Source of the DNA: Pseudogymnoascus verrucosus
Lineage: Eukaryota
Reading direction: 5' to 3' (one strand)
Length of the DNA stretch: 64,000 nt
Assembly (NCBI GenBank): GCA_001662655.1
Contig: KV460208.1
Shown here: one piece after another, positions 25,173-37,585 of the stretch
Layout: each line of letters opens with the position of its first letter
How positions within the stretch are numbered: the stretch's first letter is position 1
Program-made: the position numbers and the translations under genes
The notes under the pieces: model-generated
Seen by the model: only the letters and a program-made list of their open reading frames with translations
Database searches by the model: none
Told to the model about the DNA's origin: nothing

Positions 25173-25589
25173 TTTGAAGGTTTGTGTGAATTAACTTTCG
25201 TTTGTTGGTGTTTGGTCGATTGATGAAGTGTTTGTTACTTGTTGAAGCTACTGTGAATAGTTTGTGATTGTCTTGAAGAAGAGAAAGTAGGAGAGGGCGG
25301 GGCAAACGTCTTTTATAAGTAGGACGCAACAGTTGGTCGATCGGGTAGCACTGACGAGAGTATGGCGCATGCCAAATCTGTATCTACTTTTTTTTGGTTG
25401 GGGGGGGGGTGCGAGGTGGACTAGGCTGGCCGGGGGGGACAGTAAAACGTCACCGCTTGGAGGGGTGATGGGCTGACTGGGATTAGTTGGTCTGTGCGTG
25501 GCGATGGGACCAATAAGAGAAGCGGGAAGGGTGGGGTGGTAAGTGAGAGGTGGCAGATAGGTGGCAGGGAGTGAGGTGCGCCACAGTTA

Positions 25590-25605
25590 TGACGTCATTA
25601 CGTCA
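25590..25605. promoter_or_regulatory. Tandem CRE (ATF/CREB bZIP) sites upstream of PMP3
   Basis: TGACGTCA immediately followed by TTACGTCA, about 420 bp upstream of the PMP3 ATG. Confidence 0.55.
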
Positions 25606-26693
25606 TAGCTTGGGGGGATCATATGTTTACGTAGAGACTTGGCTTTTTGGCTTATTGTTGAAAAAAAATAGTTGTGCGTATTATGCAATACACGGAATTT
25701 CCAGTTTCTAGTTTCTAGTTTCTACTAGAAGGGATCTTGATTCCGGGTCGAGTCTCTGACGAAATGCCTATTAATAATTTGCTGCACTGTACTATACTGT
25801 TCTCTAAATTACTTTTGTTCTGTCATGGTTATCCAAGAAAGTGACAGGTAATTCATAACGTAGGTGCCGTCTAGTAGTGACACTGTGACTTAGATTTTCC
25901 AACACAACAACCAAACAATAACAACAACGACAGACAACAGACAACAGCCCCAACACAAACAATACCACCTTAACTACCACCAAAAAACAGCATTCCCTTC
26001 CCTTTCTAAACGCCCAGCCAAAATATGTGCCGGTACCCGAAACACCAGCTTACCTAACTGCAATACCAAGCGCGCAGCCTCCACCAAATTGAGCTCCATC
26101 TCCGCCCTACCCAGCCCCACCGTATCCTGCATGTCCCGGCGGCATTTCACATGCATATGTTGTTGATATGTGGCGCTGCGTGCGCGAGTTGAAAGTGAAG
26201 CTGCGGCATTATGGGGTCCGCCTGCGCCACGCCACTCAACTCCCCGAGCCACACGTCAAATTGCGGACCGGAGCCACATCCGCGCGTCACCACGGCCTTC
26301 GCCGACAGCTAGGAGCTTGGCGCCCAGTGGGTGCGTGCACGGACTGGGTTTATGGCGGCGGTAATGGGGTCAGGAGGATAAGGAGATGTTGGGCGCGTGT
26401 CTGCTGCGGAGGAAGAACTCGTCAACTCCTGCATCTCGAAATAGAGATGTTGATAATATTGATGGGACCTCCTTGGCGGCGTGTGTGTGCGGTCGCCAAC
26501 GTGTGCGCGCACATGTTGGCGCCGTCGCTTGTGCTCGTCGATCAACACGCTCTAGACCATAGTGTGTCTCCCTTGACTCCCAGATCCATCAACACCTCTG
26601 ATTGAGATCGACACCACCAGTCGCATCTCCATCTCATCTCTAAATGCCGGACATCCCAACCACCGCCTGTCACATCAACCTCCACCTCACCCA

Positions 26694-27998
26694 TCACCCC
26701 TCGGCGTCCTCATCATCCTCAACGTCCTCCCAGTCATCCTCAAAATCACAGACGTTCTCCCACTCCCCCATGCCCATCCCCCTGATCTCTCTCTCCAGCT
26801 GCATCCACTCCAATATCTCGCGCCGCCAACCCTCCCGCCCATACCAGCAGCCCTCCCACTTGTATATCGTCTGTTTGGCGTTTAAGGTATGCTGGAGACC
26901 GAGGAGGTAGCGTTGCACGGGGCAGCGGGGGATCATGAGGGTGTCGATGTGGGCGAGGCGAGCGAGGCGGGCGGTTTCTGCAGTTTCTGCGGGTGTTGGT
27001 CCTGGTTCTGATGCTGATGGGGTTGTCGATGCCGACAATGGGGAAGGGGAATATGCTTTTGATGCCACTTGGGTTGAATCTCCGAATGGCTTAGATGGGC
27101 CTGGTTCATCTGCTATGATTGCTGATATCCTTGCCACTCTAGGTTTCCAAGTACTCGGTGCTGCGCTTGCTTCGTCATCTGCAGTTATCACATCGTGCGC
27201 TTCTGCTGGCCTGGTTAAGTGGAGTCGAGCAAGTGTTTCTGCAGCAACTTGCACTTCGAGCTGGACTTCAAGTGTCGTTTGGGGCTCGTTGGTAGTCCGT
27301 TGTTCACCAGTTTCTGTGCAACCTCCACTAGCCCCCGCGTACGATCCAGCTGTGGCAACGACCTCCTCAGAGGCTGCGCGGATGTCGTGGGCGGCAAAGA
27401 GTAAAAGTGCCTCTGCAGCTCTCTCAGGTGATGCGCTGGGGACTGCATGCCTTTCTCCGATATTTATAAGTGCCTCCGCGGTGGCTACAAGATCCTCGTT
27501 GCTGCCATCTGTGCGCGCATCGATAGTTGTATCACTTCCCTCATCGTCGGACGTTGTAAGTGCTTCGTCGCCGAGTATTTGTGCTTCGCCAGTGGTTGTT
27601 GCGCCATTCTCGTTCTCCTCATCGACTGTCGAGTACGAAACCTTGGAAGCGTCAGTAACGACTCTAGCACCACCACTTTCATATCTAAGGTTAGGTAGCC
27701 TTACCTTTGTCTCTTTATCAACTTGCTCGACTAAAGTACCGTTCTGGTCGAAATCTGAGAACTGATCAACGTCCCTGCGCACAGACGCATCGCTTGTATG
27801 GCCGTGCCTAAGCTTTACTCGCTCACCTAGGCTTGTCCAGTTTAGGGATTTTTGGGTTTCGGGTTGTGTCGTGGTTTGCGGTATATCTCTATTGTTCTGA
27901 AGGATGCTTGTCTTCGTCTTCATTTTCTTATGATTTGGGTTGCTGTCGTTTGGGTGGAGTTGGTCGTCGTTATCGCGGCTGCGCTTGGAGATGCCCAT
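26694..27998 (-). CDS. Uncharacterised 434-aa, largely low-complexity protein with a short ordered C-terminal segment
   Basis: Single long ORF, basic NLS-like N-terminus, repeated AAEALL motifs, W-rich C-terminus and acidic tail. Confidence 0.7.
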   Translation of the reverse strand: MGISKRSRDNDDQLHPNDSNPNHKKMKTKTSILQNNRDIPQTTTQPETQKSLNWTSLGERVKLRHGHTSDASVRRDVDQFSDFDQNGTLVEQVDKETKVRLPNLRYESGGARVVTDASKVSYSTVDEENENGATTTGEAQILGDEALTTSDDEGSDTTIDARTDGSNEDLVATAEALINIGERHAVPSASPERAAEALLLFAAHDIRAASEEVVATAGSYAGASGGCTETGEQRTTNEPQTTLEVQLEVQVAAETLARLHLTRPAEAHDVITADDEASAAPSTWKPRVARISAIIADEPGPSKPFGDSTQVASKAYSPSPLSASTTPSASEPGPTPAETAETARLARLAHIDTLMIPRCPVQRYLLGLQHTLNAKQTIYKWEGCWYGREGWRREILEWMQLEREIRGMGMGEWENVCDFEDDWEDVEDDEDAEG

Positions 27999-28336
27999 GA
28001 TAGTTTCAAGTGATGCTAGACAGAGCCGTGAATATATTCCTTGTCTGTATGCGTCGTCTGTTCAAAATATATATGATAATATTTGCAATATATATCCGTT
28101 TGATAAATGCAAGCAAAAGTTCGAGTGGACGTTGAGGCGTTATGCACGATCCAGAATACAACCTCATGAATGTGGGCAGTCAGGACAAGCCCGCTGCCAC
28201 TCGAAACTCTGGGGGGGAAACAGGCACAAGCGCGCAGCGTGACTGCAATGCTATGGTATGGCCTGATGTTTGATTCTACTACTCCTGACTAACCTTCGCC
28301 GCCAGCCCATATCCCCTGACTACTATCACGCTTACG

Positions 28337-28835
28337 GGGAAGGAACCACCATCGATAGAGACTATCATACAAGAAGGAATGAACGACTATCCACGGCTTA
28401 ATAATCACAACATTCAGGAAAGAAAGCCCATCGCCGCCGAAATATCACATAAGGAAAGAACAACCCTTTCATCCGATTCATCTCGCTCCTTCCTAGCCAA
28501 ACCCTATTACACCTGAGGGAAAGAACGGACAACAAACAAGGAAAGAACAACCATTCGCCATGAAAGCACCACATAAGGAAAGAACGACCCATCATCCAAC
28601 TCCTCTCGCTCCTTCCAAGTCACACTCATAACACCCCAAAGGAAAGGGCAACCATGCGTCACCCAACACCCATAATCAAGAAAAGAACGCCCATCCACCG
28701 CCAGAACACTGCACAAGGAAAGAACGACCCATAATCCACCCACCTTCCTTCCCATCCAAACCCTACCCCCAAGCCACAACACTCTCAAGGAAAGAACGCC
28801 CACCCCAACTCCATACAAGGAAAGAACAACGCTCT
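28337..28835. repeat. Degenerate array of about 12 AAGGAAAGAAC(G/A)-type motifs with a higher-order ~120-140 bp unit
   Basis: Motif copies at about 28337, 28374, 28416, 28451, 28516, 28538, 28575, 28639, 28678, 28715, 28787 and 28817. Confidence 0.8.
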
Positions 28836-28847
28836 GTTCACCCCACC

Positions 28848-29847
28848 CTAAACCCGCCTAGTCCTCTTCCTCCCCCTCTCCTCCTCCTCCTCTTCACCCC
28901 CATCATCCCCCCCAAACTCCCTCATAACCCTCTTCCTCTCCTTCCTATCAACCCCCCTCCCCAATATTCCCGCCAAAACCTGCGCATTCCTCCATAGCGC
29001 TTCTGCGCGGTTAGCAAGCCATTTTTCTCGAGAGGCGAGGAGACGCTCGCGCTCGGCGAGGGTGGCGAAGTAGGAGCGGATGTCGGAGCGGACTTGGGTG
29101 AATGTTGTGGTTGGGTTGTTTGGCAGGTCGGGTGGGTTGGAGAGGTTGGGGTGGGGGTCGGGGTGTTGGGTGGTGTTGGCGACGTCGGTGTTGGTTTCTT
29201 GGTTACCATTGGAGGTGACGACTGCGATGTTCTCTGCCCCCGAGATGGGAGCTGTGGCGTCGAGGCTGCGATTTCCATTTCCATTCTCATTGCTGTTATC
29301 TCCGTCGTCCTTCTCCTGGTTGTTACCCTTGCTGATGGTAGTAGCGATTTCCTGTTCAACAGATTCCCCGGCACCGTCGCTATTTTTCCTCCACCTCTGT
29401 AGACGCTACATCATCCATAGCTTCGTCTCCCTCGACCTGCTCAACTCCATTAACACTATGACTCCCATTCCCTTCATACCCGCTATCTCCATCCCCCCCA
29501 TGATACCATAAATCGCCATTACCACTACCAAAGTTCGGCATGTCTTCCATCCACGGAACCGGCATCTCGACATCCGGCCCAATCTCACCCACCGTTGTCG
29601 CGTTGGTATTGGTAAAGACAGGCTCTTCTTCGTCATTATTATGGCTCTCTTCATCCACGCAGGCTTCGTACTCGACAAATCGCTTCCAGAGGTCGATCTT
29701 GACTTCTAGACTTATGTCGCGCCGGCGAATGAGAGATTTGACGACTTTCTTGTAGTCTTTCGGCAGGGAGGGTGTTGTGGGGGGTTCATGGGCGGTGGAG
29801 ATAGCTGATGGGTTGGGAGGCGCGTCTTGCTGGCGGGGGACTGTCAT
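28848..29847 (-). CDS. Uncharacterised protein (~330 aa) interrupted by an apparent +1 frameshift at 29380-29387
   Basis: The 155-aa ORF ends GAA AAA TAG. Dropping one A continues ENSDGAGESVEQE...VRSDIRSYFATLAERERLLASREKWL...RGRKRTRRV* to 28848 with no stops. Confidence 0.6.
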
Positions 29848-30361
29848 TGTGGGTGCTTGTGTTTTTGGGTAGTCGAGGTGGTTGGGTGAATTTGGAAGAG
29901 GTTAAGGTTTGTGGGAGGGGGGCTGTTGGTATATGTACGGCCTGTGGCTGTTTGGTGTCTGCATGCTGGTGGCCGGAGAAGGACGTGAGAGGTGTGGATG
30001 GCCGATGAAGAACGCAATCTACAAGCGGATATCCGCGTGAATGAGGCTGGGATGCGAGGATATTATACTGCTCCGTCCATTCTCCTATCTTGTCCTGTGG
30101 CGTCCCGATTGTATCAATATTACTATAACACATATGACGGCACTGAACCTAGAATCACAAACACTCTTGGGAGAGAACTCTAATATTGCTTTCATCCCGC
30201 TTAGTCAAAGTATGATATCTACCCGATGCTGCAGACGCAGACTTGCCCATCAAAGCTACGCCAAAAAATGGCAATCAGCATGGCGCAATCACACCCAACA
30301 GCCAGTTATATATCCTCCTCGATATCATCAAATCATAATCAAACCCTCCTCCTATCCTCCT

Positions 30362-31744
<1,383 letters not shown>

Positions 31745-32229
31745 CTTGAAGCTTGAGTGAGAAAAAGGGTTGGCCAGCAAAATACTCTTCGATGAATATG
31801 GTAGAAGGCGACAGGAGTAGGGCCTAAATCGTGATAGTAATTTGGTAGCAATTGTGATTGACCTTTAGTACCCAAGCTAGGTTGAGGTTGATTTGTTTGT
31901 GCTACGGGTCGCTTGTAGGTGCGGGGGAGAATTTTTGTGGCAGAACAAGGCTCACCGCCAAATCTGTCACTTATTGCGGTTAGTACCGCCCAGATACGTA
32001 GGTCCCATGCTAAGAGCCAGGTTTAAGGGCAGCTGGCAGCCTTGTATAATCGCTATACAACCTCAAACAAACTACGATTATATAATAAAGCCACTTCTCG
32101 AGGCTGAAGCTGCTAGATTTGGCAGGGCGCGGTTCCTGTTCTACGCACCCTTTACCTCCATGCTAAACCCAAATTCACGTGATCACAGATCTCATTACAG
32201 CCTCATGTCGGTCACCCTTTAAACGGCGG

Positions 32230-32820
32230 TCCCTAGTTCCTAGTCCCTATGGTCTACTTTCTACTTTCCATTTCTCTCTTTTCTACTCGTCTTAAGGTAC
32301 CACCTATTAGCCATCATGATTATAAGGGCTCCTATATATAGTTATATACTACCTTCTATAGTATATAGCTACTCTACTTACTAGGCCCTTATAATAGATA
32401 AGAGGCCTACTATATACTTTATATATCTTAAGAACCTAAACCTAACGATTTAGGAGAGGGTTATCTTATTCTAAAGTCCTAGCCACTTAATAAGGCACTT
32501 TGTAAGAAAGTATGTTAAAAGACCTAGAGTTAATAAGCCTATAGAGTATTAAATCTATAACGTCTAACTTGAACATTAGATATATTTGTAAAACTATATA
32601 GAGAAATTTCATAGAACTATCTTATAGTCCTATAACTAGATAGAATCACTTATAAGTATTATAGCTTTCCTTAATTAGGTAGATAGGAGGATTAATTAGA
32701 TAGGGAGGAGGTAGGAGTATCTAGCGTCATTGTTTATAGTTTTTAATCTCACTTCCCCTATTAAGATCCATATCAGCTTAAGTCTTTGGCAAAGTGACCT
32801 AACTCTACATTTAAACAAAT
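32230..32820. mobile_element. AT/TpA-rich relic with a RIP-like signature, probable decayed repeat or transposon
   Basis: Abrupt drop in GC, dense TA/TAG/CTA, near absence of CA/TG and no long ORF. Family not recognisable. Confidence 0.6.
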
Positions 32821-33161
32821 TCAGTCGCGAATACACTAACGGCCCCCTATACAATAAACACCTAGATTTGCGAACGTTCGCCGTGTCGCTCATTCCCATC
32901 TACCACAGTTCTAGTCTCAGTACAGTGCCGTGTTGCCAGCCTAATTCGCTTGCAGACGAGCCACTCCAACGTAAGTTATCCTCGTGAGACTCTACAAAGA
33001 TGCTGCAAACATTGCTGGCCCGTATCAACCTCAGCAAGTCTTGCACTGTGTATGTCGTTAGAATGAATACGGTATGGCTTGTCTCCTCTATCCTCTTTTT
33101 CTTGTTTGATATCTTAAGCTTCGTTTGGCAACGAAGGACTACAAGGATGTGGTTATAGCCT

Positions 33162-33647
33162 TCAAGCACAAATGCGTCCCGATCCGAAAAATGGACAGAC
33201 GTCATCCCGTTGTCCCACGTCCACGATCCGTTGCGTGTTGCAGTCGTGCTTGCAACAATCGCACGGGAGATTTTAATGTATTGAAGTAATAAAAAGAGCC
33301 TTGTCCAGCTCCAGACTAGAAGGGTCCCATTTGTCCAAGTCTACGTCGACATTGTCTCTGACGAGCTTCCACACACCTGGTTGGGGTGAGACGGTCGTGG
33401 GATACTGATGGGCAAGTTCATCCAGTAGGCCATCCACGTAGTTGCACAGTTGCTGAGAATGTCAGAATTTGCACTTAAAGATTCATGTGTGGCAACAACA
33501 GACCTGCTTACTCATGATATTTCCCAACCTTGGCGTAAAGAGAATCTCATGTGGGAGAACACGGAACGGGATGCGAAGCTGCTGCAATTCCTGTCGACGG
33601 CCAAGTGCCATAGGCGGGTCCGCCGAAGCAATGTTTGAGGCCATCAT
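33162..33647 (-). pseudogene. Small two-exon hypothetical gene with an in-frame TAA at 33275-33273
   Basis: Intron GTCTGT(33503)..CTGAC..CAG(33453) joins ...NIMSKQ to QLCNYVDGLLDELAH...FITSIH*, and the frame continues NLPCDCCKHDC...GRICA* to 33162. Confidence 0.4.
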
Positions 33648-33829
33648 GATTGAACGAGACAACATAATTACAGAGATGGAACCGTTCAGTCAACCTGAAA
33701 GTGTTTCACCTCACACGTGATGGATAATTGCTTTTCTTCGCTACACTCCAGCGACATCAAAAAAAAAATTACCAGGAACTGAAATTAAACACGATCTATA
33801 GCTCCTCGATCCACTCCTTGGTGCACACC

Positions 33830-33913
33830 ATGTTAGCGAAAGATGCTACCAGACTCCAAAAGATCGATGAGTTGTACGCGCTCCGCCTTGACCAATATGT
33901 GTCCCTGCCCCAA
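33830..33913 (+). pseudogene. N-terminal fragment of a dynamin/Mx-like GTPase
   Basis: MLAKDATRLQKIDELYALRLDQYVSLPQ resembles the (L)IDxL...xLPQ segment that precedes the dynamin G1 motif. I could not find VVGDQSSGKS downstream. Confidence 0.45.
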
Positions 33914-35828
33914 GTTTTGTTGCCATTCCCTTCTGCAACCAAGCTCAACTAATCCGACATGTGTGTAGACCGATGAGTTTTTCCATCATCAACCCAGCCA
34001 GTCCGATCTGTAAAACTCCTCTAAAACATACTGCGGATAATCGTACTCTAGGGCCCGTTTTGCTCAACAGTCCGCAAGTTACAGAGTCTACCGACTAGCC
34101 ACGTTAATCGTGTATCGGAATTGTAGCCTAATTGACGTGGTGGATGGCAGATCTCTAGCTGTGTCTATTCCTCATAGTGGGATGGCAGCAATGCAGTGGC
34201 ATCGCAGATCTTTACTCTTAGGAGACAGTTAGTGTCCATAATGCTACAATCCAGTTCCACATGTAGATCTCACCCTCGCCCAGTAAGAACTATCATTCAA
34301 TCTGTTGAACGGTATTTTCATCCGGAAAGGTGTACTCTAGCCTATTCATCGGTAGTCGTTCTAAGCAATGTTTAACATTAATGGTGCCAGAGGTAAGTTA
34401 CACACGTAAGATAAGTGAGTAATTCCACTAACTGCTCTACCTGGTGGGCTCGAGTCGCAGAGGCGCTAACGGATCGATCGATGCGGGAAGATCGCAGCCA
34501 TCCGCGAGACGAATGACATGTATTCGAACAAATCAATGGCTTCCGTAGACAATTGTAACTGAGTAGCTGTACTGCCGAGCAAGAAGAGCATTTCAAAGAC
34601 TAACTTCATTGGATTGGAGATGGGCGTGATTTCTCCTCACATGTATGTTTCATGTCTTCAGGACCATGGTCTCACTTCAGCTAGGCCTAGCCTTCAATAT
34701 CACACCGCTTCCCAGAAAGCTCACAAGTCTGCCACAGTGCTGGCGGATTTGATATCAGATTTGACGTTGTAGAATTACGTTAATGTGAGACTCTCAAAGT
34801 GTGTTTACATCATGGGGACCCCTGCTCTTCAGCTTGTCTCAGGGAAAGAGAGCAAGGGCCTGTTTCTTATTAATCAGAAGTTGCGCTTACAGGTTGTTAT
34901 CTAACACCCCTATAATCGAGACATAAAGTCGGTGCTCTACATTTAATGCAAGCTACTGCGCAAGGCCGACACTTCAGTTCAGCTGGTAACTTTCCAGCCT
35001 TCAACCAGCGTAGTTATAAAACCTAGTTTCATAATTAGAATTGTTGTCACAGGGTAGTACTTGGCGATCCCGACCTCTTAGAGGTGCAGTATGGTCCGTA
35101 GGTGGGCCTGGTAAAGTCAGGATCAGGGCCGAGCTGTATTGACAACATCGCTGTAGTCTCAAACAGACAGACGGGTTTCAACTACTGATATCAATCGCAA
35201 AATTCTAGAGGCGATGTGTTACCTTTTCATTCATCACAGTAGGGTTGAGCCCCTGCAAATACCCCTGAGATAGTCGCCCAATATTCCGGGGCCGGGAAGA
35301 GGTGCATCACCGAGTCAAACAACGGGTGCTCAGGGCATCACATGATCCAGAATCATTGGCCACTGCTTTATGTATGTGTTGAGTTCGTGGGTTATCTAGT
35401 CTCACTACTACTATCTCCTCCACATTCTGCTAAGCTGGGGAAGCGTTTTCCGATCTAAATTATGAGATGTTTGCCTTAGACTAGAGGTTCAGTCGAGTCA
35501 GTTAGACGCAACCTATAGAGGCCAGATTTAATGTATGTGCTCTAAGACAGTAGAACATCACCGGGTAATTCATGATGCCCGTCGATATTCCTATGGACTA
35601 AAATGGCCGCGGTTGGAGACATGCAAGACAAATAAGGGATCCCGGGTACTATCCGTAGTGCGCGATGAACTCATTCAAGACGGCTTAAGGCGATAAGCAG
35701 GCATTAGCCAGTCCCTTCAAAATTTATAAATATGTCGTTCATTTCCACCACCTAGCAACATCAATCAAGTTGCTTTGACTTTATCTCATTCAGAACTATA
35801 GCGCACTTTGACTAAGCTCTTAATCATC

Positions 35829-36707
35829 ATGAACTTTCAAATTCTCCTCGCAGCCCTTCCCCTGTTGGCTAGCCTTTGCAATGGTCAATCTTCCTTCGCC
35901 TCGCACGGCTATGATCAGTTGTGCCCCGCGAAGAATGGCCAAGAAGTCGAAATCGAACCTGGCTTGTTTGTAACCTACCATTGCGATCAAGCCTCACCCA
36001 CCTCAGTCCGTGCCGTTGGACACTATGCAAGGAACCCGGACGACTGTATCCTTGGCTGTGAGCAGAGCGATGGGTGTGTCGGAAGCATGTGGAGCGCTCG
36101 ACCTGGTTCTGCATGCTCCCTAGTCGAGCATTCTAGCCAGCCCGAGCTGCGAAGCAGAACTCGAGTAGTGTACATGAGCTACCGTAGGGCTGAGGAATCG
36201 GAGGCCCCATCATGCCCGGAGGCCCCATCATGCCCGGAGGCTCCAGAATGCCCGGAGGCTCCAGAATGCCCAGAGGCTCCAGAATGCCCAGAGGCTCCAG
36301 AATGCCCAGAGGCTGATTGTGGGACTCAGATTGAAGCTTGCGAAAACAACAGCCAACTTCTCCAGAACTCTTTAAACACCTGCCAAGCAGGAGAAGATGC
36401 GTGGCAAAAGAAGCAGAATGGGTTGAATCAGTGCCCCACCAAGGACAACAAAACAGTCACCCACGGAAATTGGACTTACAAGATTTACTGCAACAAACGA
36501 ACCAGGGGATTTACTCAGCTTAGGTTAACTGCGGATGGGTTTGATGATTGTCTTGATGCTTGTTCTGCCGATTCTAGATGCAAAGCTGTGCACTATATCG
36601 TCAACTGGGAAACTCCTTGCAAGTTGCTGGCATCGGTAAACCGGAATTTGGAGCCGCAACTTAGCGAAACCGTCCAGATTGCGGCTGTTCCGACCAGACC
36701 TAAATAG
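35829..36707 (+). CDS. Secreted Cys-rich protein with two PAN/Apple-like domains joined by an (EAPxCP)6 linker
   Basis: Signal peptide MNFQILLAALPLLASLCNG. DDCILGCEQSDGCVGSMW and DDCLDACSADSRCKAVHY fit the PAN/Apple CxxxCxxxxxC core. TATAAA at about 35725. Confidence 0.85.
   Translation: MNFQILLAALPLLASLCNGQSSFASHGYDQLCPAKNGQEVEIEPGLFVTYHCDQASPTSVRAVGHYARNPDDCILGCEQSDGCVGSMWSARPGSACSLVEHSSQPELRSRTRVVYMSYRRAEESEAPSCPEAPSCPEAPECPEAPECPEAPECPEAPECPEADCGTQIEACENNSQLLQNSLNTCQAGEDAWQKKQNGLNQCPTKDNKTVTHGNWTYKIYCNKRTRGFTQLRLTADGFDDCLDACSADSRCKAVHYIVNWETPCKLLASVNRNLEPQLSETVQIAAVPTRPK
36201..36314 (+). repeat. 18-bp coding tandem repeat, 6 copies plus a partial
   Basis: GAGGCCCCATCATGCCCG x2, then GAGGCTCCAGAATGCCC(G/A) x4. 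Confidence 0.95.
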
Positions 36708-36840
36708 ACCGTCCGTTTGGGAGATTTCAACTTGATATAACGGGAGAGGACTGAACAGCAGTCACGATGGTGCCTGGTAGAAACAAAAATGGATGGGTTT
36801 GGGCGGAGGCTTCTAAACCGAGGGTTGCAAGGATTTGGGA

Positions 36841-37280
36841 CAGTGTTCGGCGGATATGTATCCGGGTAGTATCCGTGAAGCTCACGGGTAGGGTATATAC
36901 CCGGATACATGAGGCTGAATAAAAGCATATAAAAATGAAGCTTTTAGTAGTAATAGCTTATTATACTTTTTTATAGTAATATTACTATTATTACTAAATA
37001 CTCATTTTAAGACTATAGAGGTTACTAGAACTACTAAATAGCCTAAGTAATAGGTAATAATTAGATATTAAGGATATTAGTATGCTTATAAGGCAATAGT
37101 TTAAGCATATCGTCGAGACGACGTCTGTAAAATGAAGCCTTAGCGATGCTTGGCTACTCTTGGCATATACCCGGGTATATACCCAGATACACCGGATACT
37201 CTAGAATATCGACGGGTAGGGTATATACTCGGGTATATACCCGGATACCAAGGGTATATTGGTATCCGTGCCGAACACTG
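36841..37280. mobile_element. Non-autonomous hAT-superfamily element (MITE), 440 bp
   Basis: TIRs CAGTGTTCGGC...GCCGAACACTG, perfect 8-bp TSD ATTTGGGA (36833-36840 and 37281-37288), and subterminal repeats GGGTATATACCCGGATAC at both ends. Confidence 0.92.
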
Positions 37281-37585
37281 ATTTGGGATATGGAGAACGT
37301 TTCGGTGTAGAAATCGACATAGTTCATGTTCACGGTAGCCTTATTGAAGCAGAATCAGAGGAGGATAATGAGTGGAAATTTTGTCTTAAGAAGGAGAACT
37401 TTTAGAACGAAACGGGTGGAACTTATGTAGAGATTCGTTGTAAAGTATTGCAATAGGTGACCTAGAAGATCATTAAACTGAAAATCAGTTTAATTATTTA
37501 TATTATAATGGAGATGACTCTTATAGCTAGACTACCCATGTGAATGATAAATGTGTTGACGCAGCAGTTATCTAGATCTACGAAA

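Noticed and set aside
25974..26605. Several overlapping 64-145 aa ORFs
   Set aside because: No coherent composition, motifs or splice structure; treated as intergenic.
28337..28835. CRISPR array interpretation of the motif-spacer pattern (also 63900-64000)
   Set aside because: Eukaryotic context, no cas genes, core only about 11 nt, irregular spacing, and spacers related to one another.
29380..29382. Stop-codon readthrough or A-to-I editing of the TAG
   Set aside because: The zero frame hits TGA eight codons later; only a frame change restores the long ORF.
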